Shown piece by piece: positions 35,465-48,481 of a stretch of DNA of 64,000 nt. This DNA comes from Guillardia theta CCMP2712. Lineage: Eukaryota; Protista; Cryptophyta. The translations under genes and the position numbers were made by a program. The stretch spans positions 268,246 through 332,245 of the forward strand of contig NW_005434621.1 of assembly GCF_000315625.1 (NCBI RefSeq). Direction: 5' to 3'. The first letter of the stretch is position 1, and each line of letters opens with the position of its first letter. Under the pieces are notes generated by a model. It did no database searches. It saw only the letters and a program-made list of their open reading frames with translations, and was not told where the DNA came from.

Positions 35465-36440
35465 CTACCCCGGGACTCTTTTATGACCCACCCCTCCCAC
35501 TCTACACTGTCAGTGACGGTGTGGACCAGCCTTGTGGGTTACCGTACCCCACCCTCCGGGAGTCCATACAGCCTAGTACGGTACGGTACGAGCGGTCACC
35601 GGGCCCGGGGTACGGACGGGGCCTCTTGAATGACCCCACCCCTACCCCCCTAGCAGTTGACCCCACCCCTACCCCCCTACCCCCCTAGGAGGTCCCCCTA
35701 CGTCGGGTACCCGGACATTGGGCCACGGCGCGTGTTGAGATATCCCGGCGAAACTCACTCTTTATTGACTGAAACTAGTCCGTTGAACCGTTACACCGCA
35801 GACTGAACCATAACCGTTTTTCGGAGAGCGACTGCCGGTAACAGTCACCGCCGGGCCGGGCCCGGGGGCCCGGGGGCCGAGAATATGCCATGATGATACC
35901 ACCCGTGTGAATGATGGAATTACCACCCCTTCAACCCCTCTCTAAAGGTACTGCCGTACCCTACCCTTACGTCCTCCCACTGACATGTATGCGTGCAGTA
36001 CCCCCCACTTTCAACACTACCCAACCCTTGCAATTTTGGCCACCCCTACCTAGACAAAATCCCTCCCCACCCTTTTTGTCCACCAATGCGCTGGGGTTAT
36101 CACCCCTACCCGCTTGTAGATGAAGAAACTGATATGGATCATCTACACTTCCAAGTACCCTTTCAAAATGTACCCACCCTAAAATCATCCTACCCCACTA
36201 TTTCACACCCCCACCTACTCATTTACCGAACCACTCGTCAATCTCCCGTTCTTGGATAGTCCCTCAAGAAGACAACGATTCACAATGAACCCCCTTCACT
36301 GAGCTGCCACCCCAACCACCCTTACCCTTATGTGACCCCCCGTTTCAGTACGCCTCCTCTCAATCACCCCCCATTTCATCATCATAGTACCCACCCTTCC
36401 ACACATCCATAGTACAATGTCAAGAAGGGACCCCCCGATT
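35465..36440. promoter_or_regulatory. ACCC-motif-dense intergenic field between divergent genes (putative promoter region)
   Basis: About 40 ACCC occurrences counted by eye in about 1 kb; no credible ORF. The regulatory role is inferred. Confidence 0.4.
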
Positions 36441-36996
36441 TCATAGATCCCGGCCTCCCGCCCGTCATGGCAACCGCGGCGTGCAGAGGATGATGCTTTT
36501 TCGCTCTCTTCCTCCTCCCCCCGTCCTCCACCTCTACCCTGTGGGCAGTGAGGAAGTGTAGAATAGAGATGCAGAGCTATTTTTCATTTCTACATCAGCT
36601 TTCCGCCTGTTGATGTTCCACTTCGTGTCGACATGTGTCTTCTTCGTGAAAGTGCCCGATCCTGTATCAGAATATGGATGCTATCCTCAATGTCTGCCCC
36701 GTTAATCAGGAATATTCCTAGAACTTTGCAATATGTAAGCGTAGATGTTGCATGTCTTGAATGTTTCATAGTCTGCCTCCCTTTCCTTTCTTCCCCCTTC
36801 ACAGGTTGGCAGCGATTAGTATCTAGTCAGATTCAACAAGGGATTAGCATCGAATTCATTGCAGATCGACACAAGTCAACTCGTATGCTTTTCTCTAGGA
36901 TCATATCCTCCCCGCGAACTATGTCCCCTTCGTGAATCATCGTCAATACCATGCAGTCACTGTGTGATGAATTTACTTGTCAGGCAAAAGACTGGC

Positions 36997-38883
36997 ATGG
37001 CGCAGAAAGTCAGCATCCCCCTCCTCTTGTTCTATCTGGTAATTGTTTTGCTTGGGATTTTCGCCCATACATGATACGTGAATCTGCAGACAGCTTGGTA
37101 TGTTCTGAATGTTCAATACAATCTCTACAACAAGAAGATTCTCAACGCCTATGACTTTCCATACACAACAGCACTGATTCAGGTATATTTTATCAACACA
37201 CACCTCTTGCAAAGATGTAACTGTGATTGACAGTTGGGCTCGGGATTGCTGTACATCATTCCCAAGTATGCCCTGGGCTTTGCCAAGTGGCCATCGTTCT
37301 CCTCTTCGAACATCTCCCTGCTCTCCTTCTTCCATGGAGGAGGGCACTATGCCACTGTCATGTCTCTTGGTATAGTAACCGTTGGGACATTTTGCCATCT
37401 AACGTCTGTGCCTCGTCTCAAACCACAGGTGCTGGCTCAGTCGCCTTTGCTAATGTCGTGAAGGCCGGAGAGCCGCTGTGCTCTGTGTTGATGGGATTCC
37501 TGTTCAACGGAGCTATTCCTGCTCTTATGGAGCTCATCGCCCTGCTTCCCATCATTGCCGGAGTGATGATTGCATCCATGGCTGAGGTAGGTCTTGTTTG
37601 TATCTACTTGAACCCCGATCACACACCCTTGGGCGATCCGCGTTGAGTTCTATCATGCTGATTGTAAGCTGTTCGGTGGAAGAGTCCATGTCTTGTTGTG
37701 ATTGTGACGGAATCTGCGTGTGTTGTTTACTCTGAATCTATTCCTGCAGCCGGAGTTCAGCATGTTTGCGTTTGGATGTGCCATGTTGTCCAACTTCCTC
37801 TTCGCTGCTCGTGGAACTTACGCGAAGATTTGCATGGAGAGTAAGTTGATTTCTTCCCTGGCTTTCTCCTGTCGAGTTTCTCGCTCCCTGGCTCTCTACG
37901 TTCTACATGTTCCTGCTGTAACTGTTTGCTCTCTTGCAGAGGGCCCTAAGATGAGCGGAGCTGATTTGTTCGCCATGAACACCATCTTTGCTTTCGTCCT
38001 GATGGTGCTGATGGAATTTCGTAACGATTTCACCTCACAGCCTTCTGCCAGGCACCCATCACCTTCGTCATGGAGGGACAGTCCGCCATCACTGGCTTCG
38101 AGCAGCTTACCACCGGCAAGGCTCCCTTGGACTACATGGCCTTGATCAATGGAGGTGAAGAGCGGAGATTCGGTTGAGGTATCGAGCTCCTGACGCCTCC
38201 TGCGACCGTCAGAGCTTGATGTCAAGAAGGGGAAGCCTTCTCCCTCGTACTTCATCGCCTACCAGGTGCTTCCTCACCCGCCACTGCTGGGAACGTGTAA
38301 GGGCTCACGTTGCATGCTCCAGCTCGTCTGCGGTCTCTATTATTACTTTTACAACGAGATGGCGTTCATGGTCTTGGACCTCCTTGATCCCGTCGGTCAG
38401 GTAAGAGCATCTCCTCTCTCCTCCTCTCTCCTCCTTCCAATCCTCTCTCCTCCCTCTAATCCCCTCTACTCCCTCCCTCCTACACCCTGCTCTTCATCCC
38501 CTTGATCCTAGTGCTTCTCCGTGTTGACTGGTCCCGCAGGCTGTTGGAAACACGGTGAAGAGGGTTGTCATCATCGTCGCCGGAACTATTGTCTTCAACA
38601 AGCCCCTCACCACCAATGGTTCGCCTCTACCCCATAACTCCCCACCCCCCTCTTTGCCTCTCTCCCTCTCCCACTGTTTCTGCCTTGTCCTTCCACTTCT
38701 CCCCCACCACTGAGCCTCTCCAACCCTTATATTCCTCGTGCAGGCATCATCGGATCTTCCGTCGCCATTGGAGGCGTCCTCCTCTATTCTCTCGTCAAGG
38801 TCTGTCGGTATCGCATCACTCTTCAAGATTCGCTGACTCGTGAGCAGTCTGGAGCCCTCAGCTCCAAGAAGAAGCAGAGTTGA
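36997..38883 (+). CDS. Triose-phosphate/phosphate translocator family protein (multi-exon)
   Basis: WYVLNVQYNLYNKKIL, FHGGGH, GSVAFANVVKAGEP, YYFYNEMAFMVL, VGNTVKRVVIIV are plastid phosphate translocator motifs with the substrate-binding H, K and KR residues present; stop at 38881-38883. Confidence 0.92.
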
Positions 38884-39610
38884 ATTCTCTCTCTCCCTCA
38901 GTCTACAAGTAAACACAACTTACCCTCTGAGCCTTATCCTGCTGACCTCGCCTTCCTCCTCCTCCTCCTCCTCCTCCTCCTCCTCCTCCTCCTCCTCCTC
39001 CTCCTCCTCTCGCAAGTCTAGTTGCTCCTTCTCCTTCTCCTCGTCGATCAAAAAGTCATTGCTGGGCATTTCGCTTTCCCGTTTCCAGAGAGCGCAGGTT
39101 GTTTGTGGTGCCTTGAGATCGAAACCGATTCAAACCAATCGAATCCTTTGTTTTCAAGGTGTTGGAATCGATTTAATCGCAAGGAATCATTGCTACCTTG
39201 GAATTGAATCGGTTGAATCGATAGTGGATGCGACCATGGCGGGATTTTACTGTACGGAGCATGGCCAGAGGAGCATAGAGGAAGGGGAAGAGGAAGGAAG
39301 AGAGGCTTTGATAGAGAAAGATGTAGGAGAGGAAGGAAGTGGAAGAGGAGCAGGAAGGAGTAGAAGGAAGAAGATGAGGAAGGGGATCGTGATAGTGGTG
39401 GTGTAGGTGCATGGGAGGAGATAGAGGTGTAGGAGACTATCAAAACAGGAGGAGGAGCAACGAGAGTTGTCCTGGAGAAGCTGCAGGGGAGGAAAACTTG
39501 GGATAAGAGGGTGAGCGATACCCTGAAACCATCGAGCTATGCTTCCGAGGAGCCTGAGGCCTGCTATACTGACCCGTTGCTTCTAGCGCAACATGAAATG
39601 AGAACAGAGG

Positions 39611-41675
39611 ATGACGTACGCGCTTGCACTGAATCGACACGCGCCATGGAGAATTTCATTCATCTTGTTCTTTCAAATCATTACATGCGAGGTTGCTCTG
39701 CTTGATCGGGACGGAAATCTCGGTGTGAAGGCGTCGACCGAAGGGTGTAACCTCCGGATCCTGCAGCGCCTTCGAGGAGGCGTCGATGACGATGAAGACG
39801 GTCAGGACGGTCATTGAGGAGCGTGACAGTCTTGCTGACATGGCCGCAGGGATCGACAACTTGATCCAAGATGCATACGCGTTCAACAAACAGCCCTCAG
39901 TGCCCGTGGTGACGGATGTATGCGGTGGGGGAGTGGGAGGCTGACGTGTGGGACAGACCCCCGGTCCCTGGAAGCGACAGTTGAGCTCTGATGCACCCAG
40001 AGACTTCAGGGAGAGCACGATCAAACGCCCGAGATTCGCCAGCCATCTGAGGAACTCGACCCTTGCGCTCAGAAATGGCGCAAGGAGTGGGAGAGGTCGG
40101 AATGTAACGCTGTACAGCAACCTCAACGCTAAGTACCAAGTACGGACGAGTGGAAGGTGGAGCTCTCGTGATATGATGTCTTGACTGACTTTCTGACTCT
40201 CTGCTTGTTCGTTGAAGGACTGTCAACTCGACGGCTCTGAAACCGACAAGACCTGTCTTCAACAACAGGCCTGACAACTTCACAGGTTTGTTGTGTCAAA
40301 TCAGAGATCCTAGGACGACCGAAGATAGAGACGGGGTTGAGAGAACACGAGGGATGGTGATGATGACGATGGAAAGGAAGATGATAAAGAAGATGATGGA
40401 TATGATGATCCTGATGGAGAGAATCATGGATACTAGTCAAAGATTTTGAAACTGATTTTTTCATGTTTTGCAGCGGTCAAAGGCAACTTCAACAGTTACT
40501 ACGGCTATCGGAAAGCAAGTGCAATGAATTCGTCGATCGGGAAGGTCTGGATCTGATGTTGTTGTATCAGTCGACATACAAACACAGAAGTTGAAATACA
40601 CACGAAGAAGTTGATTTGCTCGGAGTGCACTGATGCCGCCGATGCAGGTCTTGAAACCCGGAGTCTGGGGCGATCCTCGTTTGGACCTGCTGAAGGCGGT
40701 CAGTACTGGAGGAGGAGGAGGCGGAGGAGCAGGAGCAGGAGCAGGAGCAGGAGGAGCAGGAGGAGCAGGAGGAGGAGGAGGACAAAGAGTGGGAGAAGGG
40801 CAGGGAGGGAGGGAGAGGGCAGGGGGGTAGAACGATGTTGACGAATGGGGGCATGACAATATTCCTGGTCTTTCAGGAGTTTTTCAAGGGGAAGACATGT
40901 TTGGACATAGGTGAGAAGCGTTCTCGTTGTGCAGTGATCGCTCACTCGGTCTTGAGGCTGCAATGCTGGATATCTGACCATGAGCATCGCATACCTGTTC
41001 GAGGTGAGGGAGAGGAGAGGCGGTAGATGATGTGTCAGGATAGAGAGAGGGGGGGGTTGGAAGAGAGGGGAGGGATGGATGGATGGATGGATGGATGGAG
41101 NNNNNNNNNNNNNNNNNNNNNNNNNNNNNNNNNNNNNNNNNNNNNNNNNNNNNNNNNNNNNNNNNNNNNNNNNNNNNNNNNNNNNNNNNNNNNNNNNNNN
41201 NNNNNNNNNNNNNNNNNNNNNNNNNNNNNNNNNNNNNNNNNNNNNNNNNNNNNNNNNNNNNNNNNNNNNNNNNNNNNNNNNNNNNNNNNNNNNNNNNNNN
41301 NNNNNNNNNNNNNNNNNNNNNNNNNNNNNNNNNNNNNGGGGAGGGAGGGGTTAGGGTGATTTTGTGTTGCAGTGCAAGAGCATGATTGGGATCGACTGCG
41401 ACGCTGCTCTGGTCCAGCAGGTCAGCGAGTGACGCGCCTGAGAGATTTCGAACTCATTTGTCGAGCACAACAGGCGAAGAGGGTGAAGAAGAACATCAAG
41501 TGGGGTAAGAGAACTGTGACAAGCTCCTGGCTGCATCCTGACATGCTGATGGAAAAGATTTCGAGAAGGAAGGGAGGAGCAAGTGTCCGGTAGGAACACA
41601 TCTCGTGTGCTCATACGCATCTTTCACTTCCTCTCCTCCTTCTCTCACTCTGCCCCCATTTCCCTCCCATTCCAG

Positions 41676-41706
<31 letters not shown>

Positions 41707-42849
41707 CTTTCCTTCCTTCCTTCTTTCCTCCTTCCTTCATGCTCTTGTCCAGGTGTACTTCCAACATGAAGATTTCATTACCAACGATCATTTCAGAGAC
41801 GTCAGGTTGTTGTCCTGTCTTGCCAGTCACATCCTCACAGGCTCGCAGGTATGACGTCATCACTTGCTTCAGCGTGACAAAAGTAAGGAAGAAGATTCTT
41901 TCCTCCTCCTCCTCCTCCTCCTCCACCACCACCACCACTTCATCCTCTTTATCTTCATGCCCCGGTTGTCCTCCCACTTCTCCTCCTGCTCTCCCCGCTG
42001 CTCCTGCTCCTGCCTCCTGCCGCTCTCTTCTGATGGCCGTCTCTCTACACAATCAGTGGGTCCACCTTGTTCACGGCGATGAAGGGATCAAAAAGATGTT
42101 TCGCAAGTGTTTCGACCTCCTGCAGGTCTTTCCGTCTCCTTCCTGTTCTAGTTAGCTCACAGCTCCTTGGTAGGATGACGGGATTCTGATCCTGGAGCCT
42201 CAGCCGTGGAGGTAGAAGGAGCTTCATGTCCCCGCCATGCTGACATGCGCCTGTGTGTACCGGCAGGTCATACCACAACAAGAGGAAAGTTTCGGCTGAG
42301 GTGCGAAGATGTTTGAGTTTTGACTTGACGTTTTTGGGCCTTCTTGTGGTGTCCTTGTCATCTGACCTGTTCTCTGTTGTGTTTTGAGCTGTCTCCTGTT
42401 TTGCTTTTTCGCTACATCTTGTTGTTTTCGTTCTGACTGTTCGCTCTGCCAAGATCGAAGCGATATATAATAGCATTCGCATCCGCCCGAACCTCTTCGT
42501 CAACGAGACCCTTCCCTGTGAGTTTTCCTCCTCGACCCTCCTGTGCTCTCCCACTCACTTGCTGTGTGAAGCTGCTGGATTCCTGGTGGAAGACTTGGGT
42601 GAGATGACGTGAAGAGTGAAGGGGAGGGAGGAGGAGAGGAGGAGACGAGGCAGAGGGGAGGAGGGGAGTGTAGAGGATGGACGGTCGGCAAGAAGAAGAT
42701 GAGAGGAAGGGTAGGAGGAGGATGGTTGGAGAAGGAGGGAAGGGTTGATGTCCTTTGGTGAAGTATTTTGACCCTCAGGTACTCCGGAGGGGATGACAGC
42801 TGGGTTCACTCGACATGTCTATCTGTGCAAGAAGAAGAAGGAGACTTAA
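39611..42849 (+). CDS. Bin3/MePCE-family RNA methylphosphate-capping SAM methyltransferase with an N-terminal extension
   Basis: Exons GNFNSYYGYR, DPRLDLLK, CLDIG/CNAGYLT, IGIDCDAALV, YDVITCFSVTK/WVHLVHGDEG, GILILEPQPW, GFTRHVYL give the Bin3 signature; stop TAA at 42847-42849. Confidence 0.9.
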
Positions 42850-43099
42850 ACTGAGGAGGCGGGGAAAGTGAGGACGCTCAGAAACGAGGGAGAGGAGGAG
42901 GAAGGAGGACGAGGGGGTACGAGGAGGGGGCATACGAGAGGGGTGAGAAGAAGAGGCAGGTGGGGGGGGCAATGTGGATGAGGAAAGGAGGAAGAGGTTG
43001 CGGGGGGATGAGGCGGAGATCTGTTGCGCCGATACAAGTTGCATGTGATTGGGTTTATTTCAGTAAAAGTACAAGAGCAGAGAGTGTTTCGCTGCTGTC

Positions 43100-45341
43100 T
43101 TAGGCCGCAAAGTTGTACTTGCTGGGGTTCTTGAAGACGTCCATGATGATGGCCTCGGGGGAGCCAGCGGCCGGCTGATGGCAGTACTCCCACCGAGCCG
43201 TCTCGGGAAGAGACATCAGGATAGACTCAGTGCGGCCTCCTGTCGAGCTAAGGTGAGACGAGGAGGAGGGGTAGGAAGTGTAGCAGATGTAGGAGGAGCT
43301 TTGGTAACAATAGTGAGGGAGGAGGAGGAGGAGGAGGAGGAGGAGGAGGAGGAGATGTGATGTAACCCACCGGTCTTGAGGCCAAAGATGGTTCCGCGAT
43401 CGTAGACAAGGTTGAACTCGGCGTACCTTCCGCCTGAGGAGGATGATAAGAAATTGACAGGGAGGAGGAGGAGGAGGAGAGATCTCACGTCTAAGCTGCT
43501 GCCATTCCTTCTCCTCGGCGGTGAAGGCATCGTTCTTGTGCTTCTCAATGATGGGGAGGTAGGCGTCCGGCACGCTCATAACGGCATCCTGAAGTGAGAG
43601 TGTGAGGAGGTGGCGGGGGAGGGAGAGAGGAAGAAGCGAGGGAGGGGGGATGAAGGAGTGAGGGAGTGGAGGAGAGAGGAAGCAAATGGAGGGAGGGAGG
43701 GAGGAGTGCACGGACCTTGCAGAACTCGAAGATCTTCTCAGGGGCGCGGTCGTTGAGGTCGTCGAAGAAGATGCCTCCGAGCCCACGAGTCTCCCCTCTG
43801 TGCCTGAGAGTGGAGAGTGAGCACCGGAAAGACGCCAGGGACGATGGGACGAGGAGGAGACGTGTAGGAGAGAAGAGGAAGGGGGGGGGGGGGGGGGGGG
43901 AAGGAGGAGGAGGAGGAGGATGACGATGACGATGACTGAACGAGGATGGGAGGATCGTGAGTGAGCGAAAGGCGGCAAGGGATGGGGATGGTGAAATCCC
44001 CTGACNNNNNNNNNNNNNNNNNNNNNNNNNNNNNNNNNNNNNNNNNNNNNNNNNNNNNNNNNNNNNNNNNNNNNNNNNNNNNNNNNNNNNNNNNNNNNNN
44101 NNNNNGAGGAGGAGGAGGAGGAGGAGGAGGAGGAGTAGTGTTGTGGTTGGAAGACTCACTTGATGTAGTAGTACTCATCAGCCCATGCCTTGAACCTAGA
44201 GGAGGAGTGTGAGTTAGACCCGATGGAATGGAGATTCGCAGGAGCCAGCAACAAGAGAAATCAAAGGGGGAGGAGGGAGGAGGAGGAGGAGGAGGAGGAG
44301 GAGGACGAAGGATATGCAGCACGTCTGCTCACTTAGGATGGAAGTCCTTGTCGTGCTTGTCGCAGACATTCTTGAGGGTGCTATGGAAGTGCTTCATGTC
44401 CTCCTCCACGAGGTAGCTGGGGGTGATATCCTGTCCTCCTCCGAACCACCAGTTGCCTCCCTCAGTTTCCTGCCACCCCGTCAGCCAAGGGGATGAGGAA
44501 GAGGGAGGAGCTAGAGGGAGGAGCTAGAGGGAGGAGCTAGAGGGAGGAGCTAGAGGGAGGGAGGGAGGAGCAACTTACGAAGTATCTGTAGTTGAAGTGC
44601 ATGGTTGGGCAGTGGGGATTGCGAGGGTGCATAACCTATGTGACTGTCAGCAGCCGGCCGACCGCGCGATCTCCCTCCTACCGAGCTGAGCCCGCAGGCA
44701 AAGAAGGGGACGCGATCGCCGGGAGCATAGCCCTTGGCACGATCGTTGTTGCTGAACTTGAGGCGATCATTGGCAGCCTGAGAAACACGTCACTTCTCGT
44801 CCTCCCCATCCCCCCCGTCCTCCTCCCTCCTCCTCCTCCTCCTCCTCCTACATTGAGCGCCTCGAACGGCATGGTGCCGTGGACGACCGCAAGGTTCACT
44901 CCAGCCTTCTCCCACACTTTTCCTCCAGACATGACGCGGGTGAGGCCTCCTCCTCCGTCCTCACGAGCCCACGGGTCCTCGATAAACTTGCCCTGCCCAT
45001 CGCAGTCCTCGACAGACTTGCCTGCGGCGCCAACGTCAACGCATGCATCCTTGCTGGCAGAGAGCTGCCGTACAGATGTAAGCCTGAGCATCTCTGAGCA
45101 TCTTCTCCATCTTCGTCCTCATCTCTGCGTTGACAGGAACGTCGACAGCAACCATCTGCACGGGTCTACATCAGCCCGACGCTCGCTGGCACGAGAAAGC
45201 TCTCACCCTAGTAGAGATGGCAGCTGGAGCGAGGTTGGAGCGCGAGACGCGGAAGCTTGGAAGTGATGAAGGAAGGAATCCGCTCACAGGGTTGACAACC
45301 ATTGTCATGGTTGTAGCAATCAGGAAAGAACGCATGAACAT
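43100..45341 (-). CDS. hemF: Plastid-targeted oxygen-dependent coproporphyrinogen III oxidase (multi-exon)
   Basis: Presequence [24 protein letters not shown]; motifs [68 protein letters not shown]. Confidence 0.96.
44503..44560. repeat. 13-bp intronic tandem repeat (GGGAGGAGCTAGA) x about 4
   Basis: Seen directly inside a hemF intron. Confidence 0.85.
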
Positions 45342-46567
45342 GGTGAATTTCAGTCAGAGCAGGTTCCTCTTGGAGAATGCTGTAGGGAACGGAAGGATCA
45401 GCACACAGACTTGAACAAGAGGGATGAACGTTGTTCGTATGTCCATCTAATTCTACTTGGCTCGGTCTCAAGTGACCAGGAATAATCAGGAAAGATCCCG
45501 TCTGCTCCTGTGCTACAGTCCCTCCACTGTCGTCACCTTCTTCCCCTCCTTCTGATCATTGTTGCCTGCCTCTCTCTTCGTCTCGCTGCTCCGCCTCCTC
45601 TCTCCTCCTCGTCCTCTACCACGGTATCCTGCTCCCCCCCCCGCTTGCTGTACCTGCTCCCATCCTCCTCTTTAAGAAGCATTTCAGAAGGGGGGCCGAT
45701 CTGACAGGGGGGTAGGGGTGAGAGAAAAAGGGGTAATCCTTTCTTTCAATGGTCATTTTTGAAGGTAGGGTACTTTAATAACCCGTCTTTTTAAGGAGTA
45801 AAAATGGGGTACAAAAGTCCTTTGTTGGAATATGTAGGGGTGAATGAAGCATCTATAGGGTCATACTATCAAGAGGGTGGGTGTACCCCTGAACATGGGT
45901 TCGGGGGGTCATTAGGGATCCTCTTTTTTGTCAGCGAAAGTCAGCGGTCGCTACGTGTAGTCACGACGCCAGCAAAATAAGCAAAGAAATAGATGAGAAA
46001 TGTGTTATTTAGATCAATAAAAGGTTAATTTAACAAATCAAATTTAACCAATATATTCTTAATAACTTGCATTTTTGGTACAAATGTGACAGCCATGGTA
46101 GTTAAATTGCAATATATTTGTTAATAAGGCTTCCTGACAGGTTTTACTGACTGCTATTGGCACTTTTGATAGCAGAGACTGGTATCGTGACGGTGTCCCT
46201 CTGCGCCCCTTGCTTCGGGCTTACTATAGTAATAAAACTGATAGCAAAACCTAAAATACTTTTTGTCTCCGATAGAGAGCTGTTTCGCATAATCTCACTT
46301 CTCTGTAAAGTGGAAGCGTTGTCATCTCGGGATAATCTCTCCGAGTAACTCCTTCCTCAAGGATACAATAACGGACGTTATAATTGTTATTTCGAGGTGG
46401 CTCGTCCCAGCCTCGGGCCCTCAGTCATGCGACATGGCCGGACTCCGAGTGCCGCCGGTGATCGCCGGGCCCCGGATGTAACTGTTTCCGTTTCCGTTCC
46501 CGGATGTAACTGTTTCCGTTTCCGTTTTCCTCTTAACGTATCGTAACGTGCGGCGGTGAATTCTACC

Positions 46568-47396
46568 ATGGCCAGGCTGCGATCCATCATGCTCCTCATG
46601 CTCGACGTTCCCCGGTGAGTGCGAGGGAAGCAGCGGCTAGGAGCGCATGGCAGCAGCTGATGCTCATGAGACGCCGCACATGGCATGCAGGATCCATAGG
46701 ACAGGTAGCCAGAGACAAACTGTTGTAGCACGCGAGAGTTGTAGTGATTGGGGCGCTACTTCAAGGAAGGGAATTCAGTTGGGGATAATCATTACATGAA
46801 ATATGTTGTGAAGACAAGATGCACACAGTTTGTGAGCTAGAAAGTGTTCTATATCATATGCCAAACGGATGAATGCTTTCTTGGAAGGGATGTTTTGATG
46901 CACATCCATGGCATGCAAGAGATACAGGGGCTTTCTAAGATAATTTGTCATGGGTGAAGCATCAGCCATGATTTCTCACCCATTCTGTGACGATGCAGGA
47001 CCGCCAACTTCTTCAGAGAGGGTTTGGGCTGCAAGGTCGTAATGGCAGACGACAGCTTCGCGGAGGTTCAAACCGGAGAGGTCAACATCATGCTCAAATC
47101 AGTTCAAAGGTAGGAGCATGAATGTCACGGCCAGTCGCTGATACTGTTTGTTGTGTCGATGCTCTCACTGCAGCATCGCTGAGAGCACCAAAGGATACTC
47201 CCCCTTCCTCAACTTCGAGGTGGACGACATCGACGGCGCTATCTCACGGCTCATCTACCACGGAGGCTCGCTGGACGGGCCGATCAAGTACCCTGCCCAT
47301 GGCAAAGTAGCGGCTGTGCAGGCACCGTGCGGGCATATGATCAGCCTGTTCGAGCCAAACTCCGACCTGCTCACCCTACAGTCCCGATTGAAGTGA
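46568..47396 (+). CDS. Small VOC/glyoxalase superfamily protein (3 exons)
   Basis: MARLRSIMLLMLDVPR/TANFFREGLGCKV...LKSVQS/IAESTKGYSPFLNFEVDDID...LDGPIKYPAHGKVAAVQAPCGHMISLFEP fits the VOC fold pattern. Confidence 0.85.
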
Positions 47397-48481
47397 CGAA
47401 TCCCATCCCCCCCCCCCCCCTCCCCGCCCCCCCCCCAGCCGTCTTCTCATTCTTCTTTCTTTCCTGAGTTTTGAGGAATCGTGTTTATATCCCTCCGTGT
47501 ATCAAAAAGCAGCTGCAAAATGAAATATGGACATGTGCTGGGGCAACGTGTAGCGTTCTCTTGTTCTCGAACGCTACCTCCCAAAGCATTGGAGGAGGGT
47601 TGTAACTCTCCTCTCAGCTGGAAGAGAAAGACGTTGAACGACGACGATGACGAGAGAGCAGATTGATGCTAATGATGACAATAACAGGAAAGATGATTGA
47701 TGTTGACAATACAACGACAATAACGATCACAAGGACTCATGACTACGAATAGCATCTCTATCAGATTTTGCACTCTTACTTCTGGTGAACGCTCTTTCAC
47801 TATCAATGCTGATGACTCTGTCTCAGAGCATCTACTTCCTGGCAGATCTCCGCCCTTCCAACCCTCCATCACTTTGAGCTTTCTTGGTCAAAGCAAGATC
47901 CTCGTATATCGTTTCTTCGCGACGCTCACGAGAATAAACTTTCAAGATTTCTGGCTACAAATAAGTTCTACTTGAACGAATCCTTAACCAAACCTAAAAA
48001 TCATCCTTTGTCTTCTTGTCACTTCAATTGGCCTTCAATTCAACATCTTTTCATGACTATCATTTGTACCTCTATACAACTTCTTGTCTTAGTATCTTTG
48101 CGACATGTGAACTACAAATGTCACACCTTAACAATGCCCACATCCTCATCGTTTTCATTGCTCTTTTGCTCCATCGCCTCATCTCGAGCAATTCTACATC
48201 ATCCTCGCTCGACCCACTCGAACATGCATGGAAGATTGCAAAAACTCGGAATGGGCGGAAGGAGCTATTCTGGGCACTTTCAATTTCTCGACATTTGCCC
48301 TTTTAGAGATAAATATTTCATTTATTTTCTATTCAGTCGAAACTTACTTCAATAATTTGGAGCTTATTAGATAGTTCTAGCCAAATATCATGCTACCGGG
48401 AATAGACACCAAGGCGTCGTTTTGGAGCAATCACGAGACGCGATGGGCGGTGAGTCCAATAGCAGCGATGGAGGAAGGAAG

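Noticed and set aside
40515-40647. GC-AG intron in the Bin3 gene (AAA/GCAAGT)
   Set aside because: An in-frame GT donor exists shortly downstream (GGGAAG/GTCTGG), so the non-canonical site is not required.
47450-48380. Possible small minus-strand multi-exon gene in AT-rich DNA
   Set aside because: Splice-like signals are present but no coherent reading frame or motif was found.
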